A stretch of DNA of 64,000 bases from Camelus ferus (GCF_009834535.1 NC_045707.1:59460001-59524000), one strand, 5' to 3'; positions 25,352 to 39,726 are shown, counted from the stretch's first letter. The notes: a model not told the origin generated them from the sequence alone. Program-made: numbers and translations.

Positions 25352-28300
25352 TCCATTCTCTGCCCTTGATCACGCTATCCTTTGGCCACCTTAACTAACC
25401 CACACTTACGAAGTGGTTCCAGCATCCCATCTTCTGGGAAGCCCCTTTTACTCGCTGCTGTCAGGAAGCCTTAGGAAGCTCCCCGTCTGCATGGCCACAA
25501 TACTCTGCACAGACTTACAGGACTGGATTTAGCACACAGTTTTATAAATCTATAAAAAAGGTGTCTAAATGGACCATTAGCCTGTGAGTTTTCTGAGTAC
25601 AGAACTGTGTGTTATTTTTCTTCGGATTTCTACTATTTATGGTAATGACCAACACATAAATGTTGAATAGAGGTCAAATGTTTTACTGAGATTCAGAGGA
25701 AAGCAATTATGGAAGTATCCTTTCATACTCACATAAAATGAATTTTTAAGGAATGTTTAGCACAATATATTCAGTACTCAAAGAGTAAAACTTAACAAAA
25801 AGTTAAAATCTCTAATGAGTATTTTTAAAGTAACTATTTCTCTGGCAAGGAGGACAGAAACAATATTTTTAGTTGTAGCTTTTACCAATGTAAATCCTAG
25901 CATTAACAACTAAAAGTTAAATGCAACAACTCTTACTGGGAATTAAAAAAAAATTGCTTATGCTTTAAAAGCATTTAAAGTCTCAAATGAACACAAGGAC
26001 TTTGGTTAAAATGACATAAATGAAAGAATCCAAAATAAGATATAAAGTTTTAATCTCTCAATAGAAAAATAAAAATACAACAAAGCAACAAATATAATGT
26101 CACAGACATGAAGAGCAGACGTCCAAATATAGCTTGTTGTAATGCAAAGAACAATGGATTCATAAAATTAAAGTCTTTCATTGGAGCCTCCTTTCGAGAC
26201 TGCAGAGCTAAACTGTCCACTTAAACTTGCTCTGCTCATTTCCCTGTCTCACAGGGTCGTGTGGGAAGCAATTCCATCACTTACATGAACCATTGTATAA
26301 TGCTTACAGTTTTCCATCTCCTCTAAGACCGCAAATTCTGCAATCTCGTTTTTGACCACAACCTTCTGTATTTCCAGGGCTCTAAAATCTACTGATTCCT
26401 AAGCTCTGTGTCTGGTTTATAGCTACTCTCTATCATCTATTTTTCAGGGCTTTCTGTGTTGTTTTACTCCACTGAGCTCTTTACAAATGATGCAAGAGTC
26501 AAAGATGCTGGAACAAAAGGATCACTAGAGTGACAGACAGTCTAACTAGTCTAAGTACTTGCCACCCTAATGGTCTTCCATATCTGTCCTGACTCTGTGT
26601 TAATTGAACATGTTTTCCCCATCATCATTTTGGAAAATGGTGACTAAGTCAACTAATTAGAATGACTAATTTAATAATATGTTTATATTAATATCTAATA
26701 ATTACAATGACTGAATGCACATAGGTTCAGGTTATTCAACCTCAGGTGATTTCTCATGGCTACTTAGAAATTCTGCTTAACACAACAGTGGTTTAATTCA
26801 TATTCCAAAGATATAGCCTGTTTCTGTCTTCTTCCTCTGGATTCCAAGATCTTCCTCCTAATACCTTAATGAAAATGCTTCACTAAGGTCAATAAATTCA
26901 TGAATTGAGTGCTTACTATATATTATTACTTCAAATACTTAATATATTATATATAATCCTCCAACAAATGGGTAAGACAGGCATTATAAAGGTAAAGAGG
27001 TTCAGGCAGGTGGAAAGATGTGCCCAAGTTTCCATGATGCAGCTACGATTTGAACCCAGGAATGATGCCCTAAAGCTTGGTCAGCACTCTGCTTCCTTCC
27101 CATTTTCTCACCCCTTTGATCTTGAAATACACTAATGATGAGCTTTTACAGTCTCTTTGTAAAAACTTTGCTGGTCCTCAGAACGCTTTACGTTTTTTCC
27201 TCTTTGAGATTCCTTCAAATTTCTCAATGTTCAGAACTTAATCTTAACTTACCTTAGATATCCTTTCTTGGAAATTTCCTTGTCTTTCACAACTTCAATA
27301 TCACCTTCATGATCATGACACTCAAATTCGCATTTCTAATCCAGACTTCTTCCCTGATTAATTGATCAGCATTTCGATCCTTCTACTGAATACTTTCTCA
27401 AGGATGTCCTGTCACCGCCTTCTCAAATTCACTGCCTAGATTCCATCATTTCTCTTTAAAATTTCTTCTCCCTTTCAATCACTGCCATTACCTGGTTATC
27501 CATCTGTCACAAAACATGAGTGCTATTACCTCTCTTCTCTCACTTGGTTCCACTGTTAGTCAAGTTGTCTCTAATCCTGGAAAATTCATTTCCTTGATGA
27601 TGAAAATCCTTACCTCCTTCCATAAAAGCTATTAGTAAGAATCTGCTCTTATTCATTAAATGCTGAATAAATTATAGCTCCTCTCCTTTGAAGGACTATT
27701 TACTATGAAGAGCAAAATTTTAAACAAATTATTATAACATGAAATGGTGTTGTAATAGATGAATGATGAATGTTAAAAGATGAATAGGTGAATGTTAAAT
27801 GCATGGCAGGACAGAGCTACTACCACTTGTTTGAAGAGTTCAAGAATTTCTTCACAACAGGGAAACTGCAGAGTGATCAGAGGAAGTAAATGTTAATCAC
27901 TGTATTAGAGCATATAATAGAGTCATCTGTTTAACCATTATTTTGGTGTTTTTCTATCTTCTTGGTCAGAATCTGAATTACCTGAAGTCAGAGACTGAGT
28001 TACATTTATCTTTAAGACTCTAGCATATAACATGGTGTCTATTATTTAATAGATGACTAGTAGATATTTGCTAAATGATCGAAGTAGTTTTACTTTTAAA
28101 AATACTGGTTCTTTGCAGTAATGGTAAATGAAATTGGACAAAATAATCAATGTAGAATTTGAGAAAAATTTGTTCAACATATTTCTTTGCTAAGCAATCT
28201 TAAAGGAATAATTTTGATTGGTGACAATATAATTTTCCTCATCCTAAGGTTCTGTGATTTTGACTTTCATCTATGGTTTTGTAGATTCTCTCTAGCTAGG

Positions 28301-29892
28301 ATGCAATTAATCTTGTTTATTATGACACAGTTAATTAGGTTAAAAAAGCTTTATAGAAAACAGTTTTTTTAAACTGACAAAAATGTTAATTTACTCACAT
28401 AATGAGCTCTGAGTAGTATGTCTCAACCTCTTCAATGTATTTTCTTCATCCTTTCACTTTTGATTTCATTAAGATATACTAAGAATTCTTGATTATATAT
28501 ATACTTTTTATAAAACAACAAGTCTTGATTGCCTCCAGGGTACAGATCTATTACTCTGCTAAATTTTTCTCAACAATCTAGGACAGCTAAAAATGTACAA
28601 ATCTGAGCATCTTATCCACATAACTCACATTTACACATTGGATTGTGTCCAGTTTTGAAATACTATGAATAAAGCTGTTAAGTATATTCACATACATTCC
28701 ATTTATGTGGCATTTTAGAAAAGACAAAACTATAGATATGTAGGATTGATCAGTGACTGCCAGTGGCTAAGATTGTTGGAAGATTTGTGGTGGCTATTAC
28801 ATGACTTGAGGCGTATGTCAAAACTCAGAACCGTAGGGGGGAAAAATCATTGTATGTAAAGTTAAAAGGAAAAACATGTAGCCAGTGAACCTACTGGAAA
28901 GTACAATTTGGATTTACACTAGATTATTAATTATTCTAAGAAGAAAAGGATTGTCTTGCCATGCCTTTACTATTTATATTTTAATATTTAATAACTCAGT
29001 GTGGCCAGAGATCTATTTTATTTCTCTGGTAGTGCATTTGTGGCTCTGACCCCCATCTTCACACCTGGGGTTACACTTAGAAGCAGACCTACTTAAAAAC
29101 AAATGTGTTATATATTCTAAGTAATTTTTTATGCCTTTTCTGTTGAAGAATTCTGAAATTTTAAGCCAATAATTATTAAAATAAGTTTACAGATTTAAAA
29201 CTAATTCCAGAGGAAAATGCTAGTCCCATTTGTAGGTAATTTATCAAGTCACTCCTATTTTTTGGCATAGTCATACTTCATATAGCAAGTATTCAATCAG
29301 GCTCTTTGACAGTTTACATTGCCAGGTCAACTGTGCTACTGATGTGTGTATATTTATATATATATAAAACAGAGAGATTTTCTTTCAATAAATACTAATT
29401 CCTACACTTCAGGCATTCAACAATAATCTCAATCTCAAATTCATTATATATTCCATGAAAGAAACAAACATGCTCACTTTAGGTGTACTCTGTTCCAACC
29501 CTACTTCAACCACAATCATGAAAAATGCTGTCTACTCAGGTGATACTATCTGATTTCTATAAAAAACACCTTCTTAGTCCTAAACTTTTAACAATATATT
29601 ATTTAATTAGCTTGTTTTATTAAAAGTAAAAATAAGAAATAGCCATATAAATAATGTTCATGTATCTTTTTGAATTATTTGATTATATGTTGTGCTGTTA
29701 TTTAGAAAACGTAACTATGGATATTTAACGTTTGTCAGTATCTGAGTGTTCTTAGGCCAGTGCTGCTGAGCACTAGGGACCAAGTTTCTGACGTCTGTCA
29801 TTGTATTCAAACAGCATCACATCTTCCCCCAGGGTCCCAGCTGACTTCATTCTTTCATTCACCATGATCCTTGTAATATCCACCCAATTCTT

Positions 29893-30540
29893 TTTTTTCC
29901 CTACTGGTTGTCAAATAACCCTTTGTTAAATCATTTTCCTTTGTAGTTCTTAACTAGCTGGGCATTCCACCTCATCACTCTCGATGTCATCTATGATGTT
30001 GTGAAGGTGGTGGCCATCAACATGGCTGCGCACAGACTGGGCAATCCCCAGGATCTCTTTAATGTTTCAAGAGAGTTCTCTAGCTAAAGATTGGTGCTGA
30101 ATCTGTTGGGCAAGGTCGACAATCTCATCAAAAAGTGATGTTTCCACTGTGCTTAATGTTTTTATGCTTCTTTCTGTCTCTGGTGGTTCCTTGAGGGCTT
30201 TGATGATCAGGGCAGAGGCAGAAGGTACCACCTCAATCAGGGTCTGTCTGTTCTGAATGGTCAGTTTCACTGCAATCCTCAGACCCTTCCAATCACTAAT
30301 TGCCTTAGTGATGTTATCACCAATTATTTTTGGAGACAGACTCAGAGGGCCAATCCTGGGGGCCAGGGCAGAAGTGGCACAGACCTCCCCACCAATGAAT
30401 GCATCTCAAGTATATGACTTTGATCTTGTTGGGGTTGCATTTTGGCAGCATGGGGGAGGAGGCTGGTGTTGGATGAACCCAGATTTGGGATGACGAAAGA
30501 AAGCTGTACCTTGGCCTCCTCCAAGCCAAAAGCCAAAAGC
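29893..30540 (-). pseudogene. RPL12: Full-length processed pseudogene of ribosomal protein RPL12
   Basis: Intronless RPL12 peptide ([27 protein letters not shown]; ends VECPAS*) from ATG 30451 to TAA 29950, with frameshifts and an in-frame TGA at 30067-30069. It has an A-tail and a 14-bp TSD tccacccaRttctt (29879-29892 / 30541-30554). Confidence 0.95.
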
Positions 30541-32399
30541 TCCACCCAGTTCTTAAGGCTGACAGTAATCGCCTAGTTGGACTCTATCTCACCAACCGTG
30601 AATAGATGATTTTACACTGCTTTAGATTTGTGGATGTCACTCCCATTTATGTCTCTAGAGATGACTTAGAATTTTTGGACAGGTCTTGAGTCAAGTCCTA
30701 AATGCTTTCCCACAACACCCCCATTCTGAATTCTAAATTAAAGCTCATCTATCCTTGGTTCCAATTTCAAGAACTTTAAGATGATAGAAAGTTTAAAAAT
30801 GTTAAGCAAATTCAACATTTTTAAAATATAATTTCAATGCAAATTCTGGAGTTGAGCTTGCCCTTAGGAAATAATGTAGATAGTGTAATTAAACTGTTCA
30901 TTCCAGTACTTGAGACCTATGGACTTTGAACACATACAGAGGATGATACACTGGATATATTTAGACACAGCTGATTCTTAGACGAGTGTGGGGATTTCCA
31001 TTTACTCCACAAGTGTCTATTGTAACAGGGGATTTTTTTAAGGTATAAGTGAAGTAGCAGACTCAGAAAAAAAAATCTAGAGACTGGAAGGAAAGGAGCT
31101 ACAAACTCCTAACATTTCATTGGTAAGTCAGAGGCCAACGTTAAAAATCTGAGAGTCATAGTGAGAAAAATAATCTGTTCTCTCCCAACCTAAAACTTGG
31201 CAAACATATTAATACATGATAAAGTACAAGTTCTAAGAATTTTACTAAATATTTCTTAAGGCAAATAATTATTTCATGAAAAGAAAAATGAAGCCTCCAT
31301 AGCTGTCCATAAGACTACAGGTAGAAACTTCCGGATGTGCTGCTTTCTGTTTCTAAGGGAAAAGTAAATAACATTTGCCTAAGAAAATTAATGCACCACT
31401 TTAAAAAAATCCTATCACATTCCAGGGTAGCTTTGTTTTCCATTTCCATTGTTTATGCCAATTTAAATAATACACATAAGGAGATAGAGGTGTCTTTACA
31501 AATATTATTTAGATGTAATCACCTTTGCAATTAATATTTTAAAAAAATACTGAGAATCAACTGTCTAGGCTTTGGTACCAATATGTTAAGTCAATGATCT
31601 TTTCCTCCAAACTAAATGAGCACAAACCACTTAGACCTATGCCATACATTTTTTTTTTTTATCAGCAAACACAATACACTACCTGCCAAGTTTGAGCACT
31701 GTAACCACTGAAGTGTAAATTCTACATTACTTCAGGGTCATTGACAGAAAGCAATGGAGTCATTTCAACAACGATTTATTCAGCATTTCCCCGGAAAAAT
31801 ATTTTATTACCGAGGAAAAAAGAATAAGTCATTAAAAGAGGCTTTAGAATTGGAAAAACCTAAGTATATAGCAACATCAATATACAAAAAATGATTTTAT
31901 GTTAAAAATAGTCCTTTCAATCTATAAAATGAATATGGCTTTGACTGTAGTTGAAAAAAAAAAAAAACTTCCCTTCTACTTTCAAAGGTGTTTTGTCCTT
32001 TCACTGCTCGTTAACTGTGCAACAGTGGAGTTTGAGTAATTGGTTTAGAATCCAGTTGAAAGGTCATTTCCTCTATGAATCCTTCCATGATTTCCGAGGA
32101 GGTGTTAACGCCTCCATATCTGCATTTACTGCGAGTTTGCTTCCATAGTCTTGTAGTTTATCTGCTTACAAAGGGGGTTCAGCCACAGGATTGTGGTTGA
32201 GAGCAGAGTGCCTTCTTTCTTGTAGTTTCAGTGTTCAGGTCAGCATCTGGCCCATGACAGGTTCTTAAATGTTTGTGGAATAAATTAATAATGATCTAGT
32301 CCTACAGTCACAAACTCCAGCCTTAATTGGTGATTCATCCACTCATTCTAACACATATGCACATAATTATGAATTGTGGTTAAAAAAATCAATGCGATT

Positions 32400-33015
32400 A
32401 TATGAGGGGAAAGACCAATGAGAAGGACCTACTAAGTCTGAGTGAATAAAGAATGGCCTCTTTGAGGAGGATGGAGATGTGCTGGGGTAAATCAATAAAT
32501 GATCTACTCTTACACAGTCACAAATGACTTAACAGTCATTAAGTAGACAACTGAAGGGTAAAGGAAAGCCATCTGTGAAAGGGGTGGAGAAGACAGGAAT
32601 ACAGGAAGGGAAGACAGCTAGTGTGAAGACCTAGGAGGAACAAAGGTCAAGGGGCAGTGGGATGAGCACAGCAGCAGGTCAGGGAAAGTGTCAGTTCTGA
32701 GACTGGGAGGGTAGGCGGGGCCAGCCCTTTAAGGATCGTCTAGACAATGTTAAGAAATTAGAGCTCCTGAAAAGTACAATATAAATGCATCACATCGTTT
32801 TAAGCAGTCACATACCACGAGCAGACACACGTTTAAAAAAGTACTATTTTAGTGTTATGACTATTTCAGAGGCAAGAGAGAGTAGATGTGGGAAGCTCAG
32901 GGGAGAGGCTATTGCAACATCCTTCAGTGTCTGAGGAGGGGCTTACAAGTACATTAAAAGAAGGCAGTTTCAAGATATAGATGGACGTAGAAATGACAGG
33001 ATTTGCTGTTGGTTG
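32400..33015 (-). mobile_element. L2 fragment, representative copy; other decayed L2 near 3885-4150, 27250-27560, 47650-47880, 48560-50300, 55690-56400 and 63100-63370
   Basis: Purine-rich antisense L2 motifs (ggcctctttgaggagg, gaggctattgcaa, gacaggatttgctg); boundaries approximate. Confidence 0.55.
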
Positions 33016-33402
33016 ATGTGAGATAATGAGAAACATATTTGGTCTCTGCCCCCAGTTCCTGATACTGAGTTCCTAAAACTCTTATAATTTCTTGAGTGAT
33101 GGGCATGCTAGGATCACCTTTTGCTCTAATATTTGGTCTTTGATTCCAGTTCCTAACACAGACCTCCCAAATCCCTTGGAATTTCCTGGGGGATAGGAGC
33201 ATCTTTTGTTCTGATAAGGCAACACTTGGTTGGCTCCTGGACAGCCCAGCCCAGTCATCTTTTTTTTTTTTTTAACCACAATTTATAACTCTTTGCACAC
33301 TTACGTGCTGTAGTGAGTGAATGTATCACAGATAAAGCCCTCAGTATGCGACTGTGTAAGAGTAGATCATTTATTGATTTACCCCAGCACATCTCCATCC
33401 TC
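32467..33402. repeat. Perfect 53-bp inverted repeat, arms 32467-32519 and 33350-33402
   Basis: Base-by-base reverse-complement match of GAGGATGGAGATGTGCTGGGGTAAATCAATAAATGATCTACTCTTACACAGTC. Confidence 0.93.
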
Positions 33403-33975
33403 TGGGAGGGAGAGAGGCCGAAGATTGAGTTACTGTATCACGCCGACGTGATGAAGCCTTCAAAAAAAAAAAAAAAAACAAAAAAAACCCCACCACAGAT
33501 TATGGGGTTCAGAGAGCTTCCAGACTGGTAAACACATGGAGGTGCTGGGAGGGTGGCACCCCAAGAGAGGGCTTGGATGTTCCAAGTCACTTCTCTATAC
33601 CTTGCCCTAGGTTAACTCTTAACTGGCTGTATCCTTTGTCATATCTTTATAATAAACCAGCAAATAAAGTAAATGTTTCCCTGAGTTTTGTGAGCCATTC
33701 TAGCAAATTACTGAACCTGTGAAGGGGGTCATGGGAACTGGAGGCCTGGATTTGCAATTAGCACCTAAACTGGGGGGCAGTGTAATGGGACTGAGTCCTT
33801 AATTTTATGAGATCTGATGCAGACTCCAAGTATACAGTGACAGCATTGAGCTAAACTGAATTAAAGGACATTCAGCTGTGTTGAAGAATTGTTTAGTGTG
33901 GGGGGAAAACCCCAAACATTTGGTGTCAGAAGAATTCAGTGAGTAGGCAGGATAGAATACAGAAGTTTTTCTTGT
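33017..33975 (+). mobile_element. MER21-like ERVL solo LTR, interrupted at about 33260-33381 by an inverted local copy
   Basis: TG start; motifs atatttggtctctg, agagcttccagactgg, tttataataaaccag, tttccctgagttttgtgagccattctagcaaatta and gggggcagt match the recalled MER21 consensus. Confidence 0.78.
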
Positions 33976-34879
33976 AGTTGGAATGTGGTAAAAGAGAAAA
34001 AAAAGAGAATCTAGATTTCTTGTGTAGTTTCTACTGTCAATAGAGGCATGAACAAATTTTGGAAAGTAAAGAATTCATCAACAGGACACACAACATAATT
34101 TTAATTCTAAGTTCTGTTTGTACGCAGTACCACCATTTTTCTATATTATGAGAAACTTCTATGAGATTACTATATCAAAGTTTACGTGTATAACTCTTGA
34201 CAAAACTGGCACTTCATGTAAACATAAGGTTTAAAGTCTTTCCATTGTCATTATTTTTAGTGTACATAGAATGCTATATATTTATCTGTGAAATATTTAT
34301 AGAGACTGCCATTAATAGTGTGTGGGTTTTGGGTTAAGAGCAATCAATAACCTCTATGCACTGACCTTCTCATTCCTTTTTCTTTTCTCTAGAAACCAAA
34401 TAATGACTATTTAGTTATTCTGTCGTGGCATCAGTCAGGGTAAGAGAAACAAAAGATAAAAATCTCTTGTTCTTTATAAAAGAAAGCCCTAGGTAGATTT
34501 GGTTAAATGTGATGAATGATGTTAGCTTGAAATGAATTTATGCGGTCAGGCAGATTTTTATGTTTTAATGATATCTGAGGCAGATAAGAAACATCTACTT
34601 TTGTTTCTATTGTTACATGGGCTGATCACAAGAGATAAAATAATCTTATTGAAATTTATTTTGCTGAAACAGATTACTGGGACGATGCTTATTATAGTCT
34701 TGCTAGTTTATTTCAAAGCCCATTTTCAAGATGCTGTAATATGGTTGATATATGTACAAGTTTATTTAAAGGTTTTCTATTAGCGATAAGCTGAGAATAT
34801 AACATATAACTCATATGAAAGCTAACTCTGGATTCATTACGGTCCATCTGGTGTCTTTTATATCTTATATTAATTAAAA

Positions 34880-35900
34880 AACCAACATGTGTTCATTGTT
34901 GAAAACTTGCAAGTCCAGAAATATATAAAAGAGACAAAGTAATTCATCTGTAATTCTCCCTAGAGGTAGTCACCAGTAACATTTTGTGATTTCTGTCCAG
35001 TCATTTTCTGGAGGTACTACACATATATATGTAAATTTACCTGGTTGAGACCTTGCTGATTATGCCATATTGTATATCTGCTGGTACCTTATTCATTTAT
35101 TTTGTATTATTTTATAATGATTTTTAATATCCTTAAAATTTCTTTGACATGATAATATATAAATTATTATATATTTTACCATTTCTGTTTTCGGATATAT
35201 GAAATACTTTACGATTTTCTTATTGTTTTAAATAATACTGCAATGAATAGTTTGCACATAAATATTCAGGTTACATTTGCGATTATTTTCTTAGGATAAA
35301 TGCCTATAAAGAGAATTTGTGATTCACAAGATATGAACATTTGATACACAGCAGATACAATATAAAAATTAAAGAACACATCCCTTTATACTCCTGCCAG
35401 TCATCTGAGTACCAATCTTAGAAAACCTTGGATACTTTCAGGTATGTGGCTTCCGTCAGTAATTCAAACATTTTGAAATGTGAAATACTTGCTTACTATA
35501 GTTTTAATTAAACTGATCAAATTGAAAGTGAGATTACATTTTTTTCTATAGGTTTATTAGCTATGTTTATACCCATAAGCTATGTCCTTTGCATAATTTT
35601 CTAATAGAGTTTAAATAACTTGTTTGTATTAGATTTTTACATATTAAAATTGTTTCATATATTTTCCCAATCTATTTCTTGGTTTTCACTTTTACTAATT
35701 ACATTTTTAATGTATAGGGTTCAAAAAGATCAATCTTTGGTCTTTTCTTCTACATTTTCTCCCAGGAAATTTTGCACATATAATTTGATTTTTCCTCCTT
35801 TCTTTTTATATTCCACTGTTATGATAAAGTAAGAAACTATTTTTCTTAACAAACAGCTAGTGAATTTCATAGAGATCATTTATTGATAACTATTCTTTTC
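34880..35900 (-). mobile_element. Highly decayed L1ME-like region
   Basis: Degenerate L1 3'-region motifs (aataatactgcaatgaat, ttttcttaggataaatgcct); boundaries approximate. Confidence 0.5.
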
Positions 35901-38900
35901 TGTTTATTATTATGGTTCACTTTAAGTCTTAATATACACTATTTTTTAAATGATCATCAGATGTGCTCCACTAACCTACTTTTTATTGCAGTGATACTGA
36001 AAACTGTTCTATTACAGTGAGGTTCAGGGTTTTTTTTTTTTTTTTTTTAAGACTAAAGACTACAACTTAAAAAATATATTTAAATAAAATTCAAGCCTTT
36101 GAAAAAAACTTCTCAAAATTACAGTAATTAGCTATTATTCTAAAAATTATTACCATGCATAGCTTTATTCACTGATTAGTGCATGAAACATTTATTGAAT
36201 GGTATCATTATGGCAGATACTGAGAATACAGAAATCAATAAGATATTGTAGAGATGTAAATTTTGCTCTAATGTAGAAAATGTGGAATTCTCACTTTTGG
36301 AAATTCACACTTAATTTTCAATATCTGAACACTCAGTTATAGGCAGTTTACTTAATCAACTATTATTACTAATATATTACTAATAACTACTATTACTCAG
36401 ATAAATTCTCTCTCCTCTCAAAAACCCCCTTTATCACTTGAAATACTTTTGGCATTAGCTATTTCTTTCATAAGAACAGAAGCCTCCAAGTTACTATAAT
36501 TCCAAGGTTGAGTGAAAAGAGAAACGTAGTGGAAGTAAAAGAACTTAGATAAAACCCAACAATTTAGCTACAGACCTAGCCACAAACAAGGTTGAAAACA
36601 GAAATCTGTTTTGTATTATCTTGCTTGAAATAGCATACCTTCAAGTAATAAGAATTCAATAAAATATTTTTAAGAGAGAAATACTATTAACAATGAAGAA
36701 ATATTTTTGCTCTGAGATACATAAGATATGTTACATAAAAACACTCCTGATTCTTCCATCTGAAAACGTTCAGAACGCTGCCTTGGAAAAGAACATTCCT
36801 TTAAAAGCCACTCCAGTGAGTGAGTATCTTTAAGAAGGGGTAAAAGATAGTTCAGAATTAGAGAGACGTTTGCCAGGAAATTCACATCCCAGCACTGAAG
36901 GACAACAGATGGCAGCAGTAACAATGAAAACTTGCAGCAGATCTGCCTGGCTCACTTTCAAAATGGCCGTTTTTATTTCCCATCACTAACAGCCAACCGC
37001 TGTCTCCTTGTGTCGAATGCATGGGTATAGAAGAACAAAAAGTACAAGAATGACAGGAATTGCCTTGACAGGAAAAGGACCTTAAAAGCAAGGCTGTGGC
37101 GACAACAGGACCCTGGACAGGTGTCTCCATCTCCTGAGAGTTCCCAGGCACCAACTCATCGCTGATGCTTTTCTTAAACCATGTCCAGGTCTGAAACATT
37201 ACCAGCTGCTCCTAGCCTACTCTCTCACTTCCTACACCCTGGTCTCTGTGTTTCTGAGCCCTGCTTAGTAACTTCTATTTGATGTCTGTTTCCTTTCGGA
37301 TGAAGATTTCAGTCCATAGATTCTCGTTGCTAACCCTGGATCATAAAATACGAGCAGATTTATCTTTCGTCCCACCCAGCAGGAATGGAGGATTCAGAAA
37401 AGGTGACACTTAAAAGATGAGACAGTGGTTGGTAAACAGACCATCTCTCACCTCAGGCAGGCAAAGGGAAGTTGGGGCAGACTCAAAGAGAAGGAGTCAG
37501 AGCAGAACAGGAGCAAGAGCAAGGTCACTGAGTCCCAGCACAGTTGGGAGTTAGTGGATTTACAGGAGTTCAAAAGGCTCAGAACATAAACAGGAGAAAA
37601 AATGTGATACTCCGTAAAAAAAAAATTTTTAGCAAACAGGTCAGTCTTTCATCTCAAATAGAGAGCATTTATATCACTTGAGCAGAAGTCAATTTCCCAG
37701 GATGTGGTGAGGGCAACTAGAAAGGTCTGACTGACAGAATGATGTAAAGATGTGGAGAAAAGCAAGTCCTTTCCAGGCAGTCTGGGATGCAGGTTATGAT
37801 GTTACTCCTGGCTCCTCTCAAGATAGGAGAACTAGATTTTAGTCTATGAGCTTGGAGGAAGTCAGATAAGTGGTTGGGGTGTGTCCTCTGTGGTGCCGAT
37901 TCATGAGACTGATCTTGAGAATTGTATTTCTCTTTTCTACATAGTGGATTTAATACTGTCTTGTCTGAGCTACAGCAATAAGATAGATATATGGAATACT
38001 CTTCTCAGGGCAATATGAGTTAAAATGTTAGGATCAGAAAATGAATTTTTTCAGTAGTGTTTAAACCAAATCTACTGCATTTCCAATATTCCATCTGAGT
38101 TACTTCTAGGACTGTCAGAATCCTCCATAGCAAGTATCTTTCTATAGTTCCAAAGGAGCATGGCTTTGAAAGCAGAGTGTGGTCTGGAGTTTAGCTCCAC
38201 AGTCACTCAGCTGTGTGTACTTGGATAGCATACAACCTATGTAATCATATATGACCATCCTGAATACTGACATGGAACACTCGCCCAAGACAAAAACCTG
38301 GATTTCTCCATCTTGATAACCTCAACCTATATCCAGTTGGTCACCAAGCTCAACCTGATCTATATTCTCTCCATTTACATCTCTTCACCCTCATGGTCAT
38401 TGTCTTAATTAAAGATTTCATCACTTCCCAGGAGACTAGTACTGCTATCTCCTAATTATTATCTCTGCCTCTGACTGGGTTTCCAACACATCCTCCAAAA
38501 GGCCAGAATAAATTACCAAGAACTTAGCATGATTCAAAGACTCTTCAAGGTCTGATCTTTGTGTTTGGCCTCGTTTCACACTGCTTCTCTACATACAGCC
38601 ATGTGGGGCTACCTTGAACTTTCTAAAGTGTCCTCTCAATGTCATGAATTCAAGCATTCTTTAGTGTATTTCTCTATACATATATTCTTCCCAGACTGTT
38701 ATGAATGAATGTCTTCTGTTAAACTATACCCCTTCTCAAAAATCTTTTCACTCAAGGTTCTTAAATAACCTTCCTCTATATTCTGTGAGTATCCAATTCA
38801 AATACTTATAATCCTCATTATCACACTTCTGTCACCAAACCCATATTGCTTATTTCATTTACCTATGTTTTCCACTGGGATGTGATCTCCTTGAAGGTAG

Positions 38901-39726
38901 TTATGGACAGATTTCTGGTTACATGTATAATAAATTCTGTAAATATGTACAAATATCATAGGTTACAATATCAATAGATTTAAACAAGATTGGGGGACTT
39001 CATTCTCAGAAAGCTAAAAAAATTACAAGCCCTCAGTCTCTCTTTGTCTTTTAGACAATACTTCTGAAAAATAAAATGCAGCAACTTGGTTAATTTTTTT
39101 CCTTTTCATATGTTAACACATAAAAGACTGGTTTGAGTCCAGGAAGAATGCACATGAGGCAAAAGATGCAGATTTTGGCATTCCTAAGCCAAGTCTTTCC
39201 ACTAATCTTTTTTTTTTTTTTTTTTAAACCATACTTACTCCCTAGGTGATCTCATTCAGCCTCATTACGACACATCGCAATTTCTTCACTTCAGCCCAAT
39301 ATGAAGTAGCTAGGTTTTACTGAGGGGCCAAAATATATGAAAGAAATCTCCTAGAGTCATTTCTTGTCCCACTCTACAAAAGTCAAGTGGGAATAAGACT
39401 AAGGGAACCACAAACAGAACTCTCCCATCTGTGCCGGCCCTGGGGCCAGGGCTCTTTGAGTGGAGTAGTGAATTAAGAACATCAGGAATCCTTCAGTTGT
39501 GTTTATAAACATATGCATTCATATTTTCTTTTATCCATACTCTTCCTTTATTACTTGAGTTTGAATCGACCGAGGGAGTTTATAGAAGTCACTTTCAGCA
39601 ACTAGAATATCTTCCTCTGGAGCCTCCTGAACTTGCAAGGCTCTCTGGGACTGAAGTATTGACAGAGTAGATGCACAGTATGAAACACAACAATTATGTA
39701 TGTATCATATCAAGAAACACTTGTAA

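Noticed and set aside
27247..27330. Strong donor AAG|GTAAGT as an alternative first exon splicing in phase 2 to the WDDSS exon (I recall such short isoforms for NAV1/NAV2)
   Set aside because: It lies in decayed L2 sequence, and an in-frame TAG occurs upstream with no in-frame ATG after it. I found no supportable alternative first exon elsewhere in the intron.
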